Notes under the pieces: generated by a model
The model's database searches: none
What the model was told of the DNA's origin: nothing
Seen by the model: the letters and a program-made list of their open reading frames with translations, nothing else
Part shown: piece by piece, positions 20,445-21,941 of the stretch
Numbering within the stretch: the first letter of the stretch is position 1
How the letters are laid out: each line of letters begins with the position of its first letter
Program-made: the position numbers and the translations under genes
Assembly: GCF_006345805.1 (NCBI RefSeq)
Contig: NW_021837021.1
Span: forward strand, 1 to 21,941
Reading direction: 5' to 3'
DNA: 21,941 nucleotides
Source of the DNA: Octopus sinensis
Taxonomy: Eukaryota

Positions 20445-20541
20445 TGCCCCGGGTGAGGCACGAACTCACAACCTCCGCATATCTCCCGACTTGTGAGTTA
20501 ACACAAGGAAGGTACTGTCTATAAGTACGGCGCGCTAACCG
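20445..20541 (-). pseudogene. Intron-containing tRNA-Ile(UAU) relic, about 16 nt missing at the 5' end
   Basis: CGGTTAGCGCG-CCGTA-CT-TAT(20523-21)-A-[39-nt intron 20519-20481]-A-TGCGG-AGGTT-GTGAG-TTCGTGC-CTCAC-CCGGGGC-A follows the eukaryotic Ile-UAU layout. The 5' acceptor strand and half the D arm are absent, and T-loop A58 is T. Confidence 0.85.
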
Positions 20542-20740
20542 CTCTATCATTATATATAATTTAGACTTTAATTTCCTTTATATTTAACATTCACTATTAA
20601 TATCCCTACTCTTTCTGTTAGCTACTTATGACGTTATATCATATAACGTTTTTTAAACAATATTAATAGCGTTCTGTCTATCGCTATACGAATCCATCAT
20701 TTTTTGCTAAAATGTCGTATTGACGAGTTTCGTTTTTTTC

Positions 20741-20826
20741 ACTTTCCCGAAGAGAAGATTGCATTGTTTATACCATTTATTCTTTTGAATAGTATCAGTG
20801 GAATTTTCGAAACATGTGTAGAAAGT
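20741..20826 (+). ncRNA. Type I hammerhead ribozyme (U4C core variant) with extended stem II
   Basis: Stem I ACUUUC(20741-46)/GAAAGU(20821-26); core CCGAAGA(20747-53); stem II GAAGAUU/AAUUUUC plus CAUUG/CAGUG, AUAC/GUAU and UAUUC/GAAUA; GAAAC(20809-13)-AUGU-GUA^ with cleavage after 20820. Confidence 0.78.
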
Positions 20827-20867
20827 AAAAATACTTGTTTAAACCTGCGTTAACTCCATTTTTATTC

Positions 20868-20899
<32 letters not shown>

Positions 20900-20914
20900 T
20901 ATATTCTGATCTCT

Positions 20915-21170
20915 CTCTCTTCTGACCCTTTCGGTCATGAATGACCATGGGATTGCACCTAGAAAGTTACCCTCCTAGACACAAGTCCGGGCAAGGTTAT
21001 TTATGGAAGACCAGCAGTCGCCCATGCATACCGGCCTCCCCTCTCCACGCCACCAGTGTTATCCAAGGGAAAGACAAAGGCCGATACAGCTTGGCACCTG
21101 TGACGTCGCAACTCATTTCTACAGTTGAGTGAACTGGAGCAACGTGAAATAAAGTGCCTTGCTCAAGAAC

Positions 21171-21177
<7 letters not shown>
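20915..21177 (-). mobile_element. SINE lacking its tRNA head (central domain plus RTE-like tail)
   Basis: Minus strand GTGTTCTTGAGCAAGGCACTTTATTTCACGTTGCTCCAGTTCACTCAACTGTAGAAATGAG...GTGCAATCCCATGGTCATTCATGACCGAAAGGGTC; family assigned by eye. Confidence 0.7.
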
Positions 21178-21206
<29 letters not shown>

Positions 21207-21209
<3 letters not shown>

Positions 21210-21360
21210 CTTGTTTCAGTCATTTGGTTTGTGGCCAAGATGGAGCACTCCCTTGAAGAATTTTAGTCTTTTAGTCGAATGAATCAACCCCAATACTTTT
21301 GTTTTCTTTTGTAAGCCTTTTACTTATTCTGTCAGGTCTCTTACGCTAAACCCCGCTACA
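21207..21360 (-). mobile_element. Degenerate OK-like SINE tail
   Basis: TTACTTGTTTCAGTCATTTG...GGCCAAGATGGAGCAC...GTCGAATGAATCAACCCC matches 15146-15300. Confidence 0.75.
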
Positions 21361-21379
21361 TGAAGTACAAATCGATCTT

Positions 21380-21530
21380 GCTCCCTGACGAAGGAAGCCG
21401 GTATTACACTAATGTCTATATGCATCCATTTACTGATTGCAAAATCTTGACTTTTTGCACACTCCATCTGTTAATTATGAATAGTGCAACTATTACATAA
21501 TTCTGAACTCCCGGAAACAGCTGTCGGCCC
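21380..21530 (+). ncRNA. Solo hammerhead-like motif, canonical core, weak stems
   Basis: CUGACGA (21385-91), about 122 nt, then GAAAC-AGCU-GUC (21514-25) with a palindromic stem III loop. Stem I is only CC/GG and the base of stem II is imperfect. Confidence 0.5.
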
Positions 21531-21699
21531 TAAAATATCATGTATTCTCCCTTAGATTTTATATTTTATGTATTCCATGTAAATTTATTTTGCAAATATA
21601 TAAATAGCTAATATGCTTAAAGAAGAGAGTTCACCTGAATATTTTCAATTTTGGTATTTCTCCATATATATCTGTATACATATACCTACATTATCTACA

Positions 21700-21808
21700 T
21701 TTATATAAGAATGTATGTATATATATATATATATATGTTTGTTTTATATATATGAAGCCCAGTCGTGTTTATCTACATCATTATCTTTCCCGATCTCTGT
21801 CCCCCCTC

Positions 21809-21882
<74 letters not shown>

Positions 21883-21891
21883 CTCTATCTT

Positions 21892-21940
<49 letters not shown>

Positions 21941-21941
21941 A
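21700..21941. repeat. (TA)n and (TCTA)n microsatellites
   Basis: Seen directly. Confidence 0.95.

Larger units (their letters stand above)
20242..20871. mobile_element. Young fold-back element, third family: 197-bp inverted arms, each with a hammerhead, around a tRNA-Ile relic
   Basis: 20242-20438 versus 20675-20871 differ by one substitution and two single-base indels by my count. Confidence 0.9.

Noticed and set aside
20445-20541. Functional tRNA-Ile gene
   Set aside because: The 5' acceptor strand and most of the A box are missing and A58 is mutated; annotated as a relic.

Overview
This is AT-rich, microsatellite-dense eukaryotic DNA. The SINE families resemble those of octopus (coleoid cephalopod); that assignment comes from pattern recognition, not a search. 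Most of the window is interspersed repeats. These are about 16 tRNA-derived SINE copies or fragments of three or four families, a 5'-truncated RTE/RTEX LINE with about 250 codons of reverse transcriptase, a CR1 3' end, a CRE-like relic, an intact 401-bp non-autonomous Helitron and many simple repeats. Nearly all ORFs in the supplied track are artefacts of these repeats. Two minus-strand segments (13206-13383 and 11113-11253) could be exons of an unidentified host gene. The most notable signal is a recurring fold-back architecture in which inverted arms each carry a minimal type I hammerhead ribozyme of the Penelope-like-element (PLE) kind. It occurs in at least three unrelated sequence families. 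In two loci the spacer between the arms holds a tRNA-derived sequence pointing into one ribozyme arm: a Pol III A/B-box head at 13.7 kb, and an intron-retaining tRNA-Ile(UAU) at 20.5 kb. This suggests tRNA-headed, hammerhead-tailed non-autonomous retroelements. All RNA structures were paired by hand and none was tested computationally.
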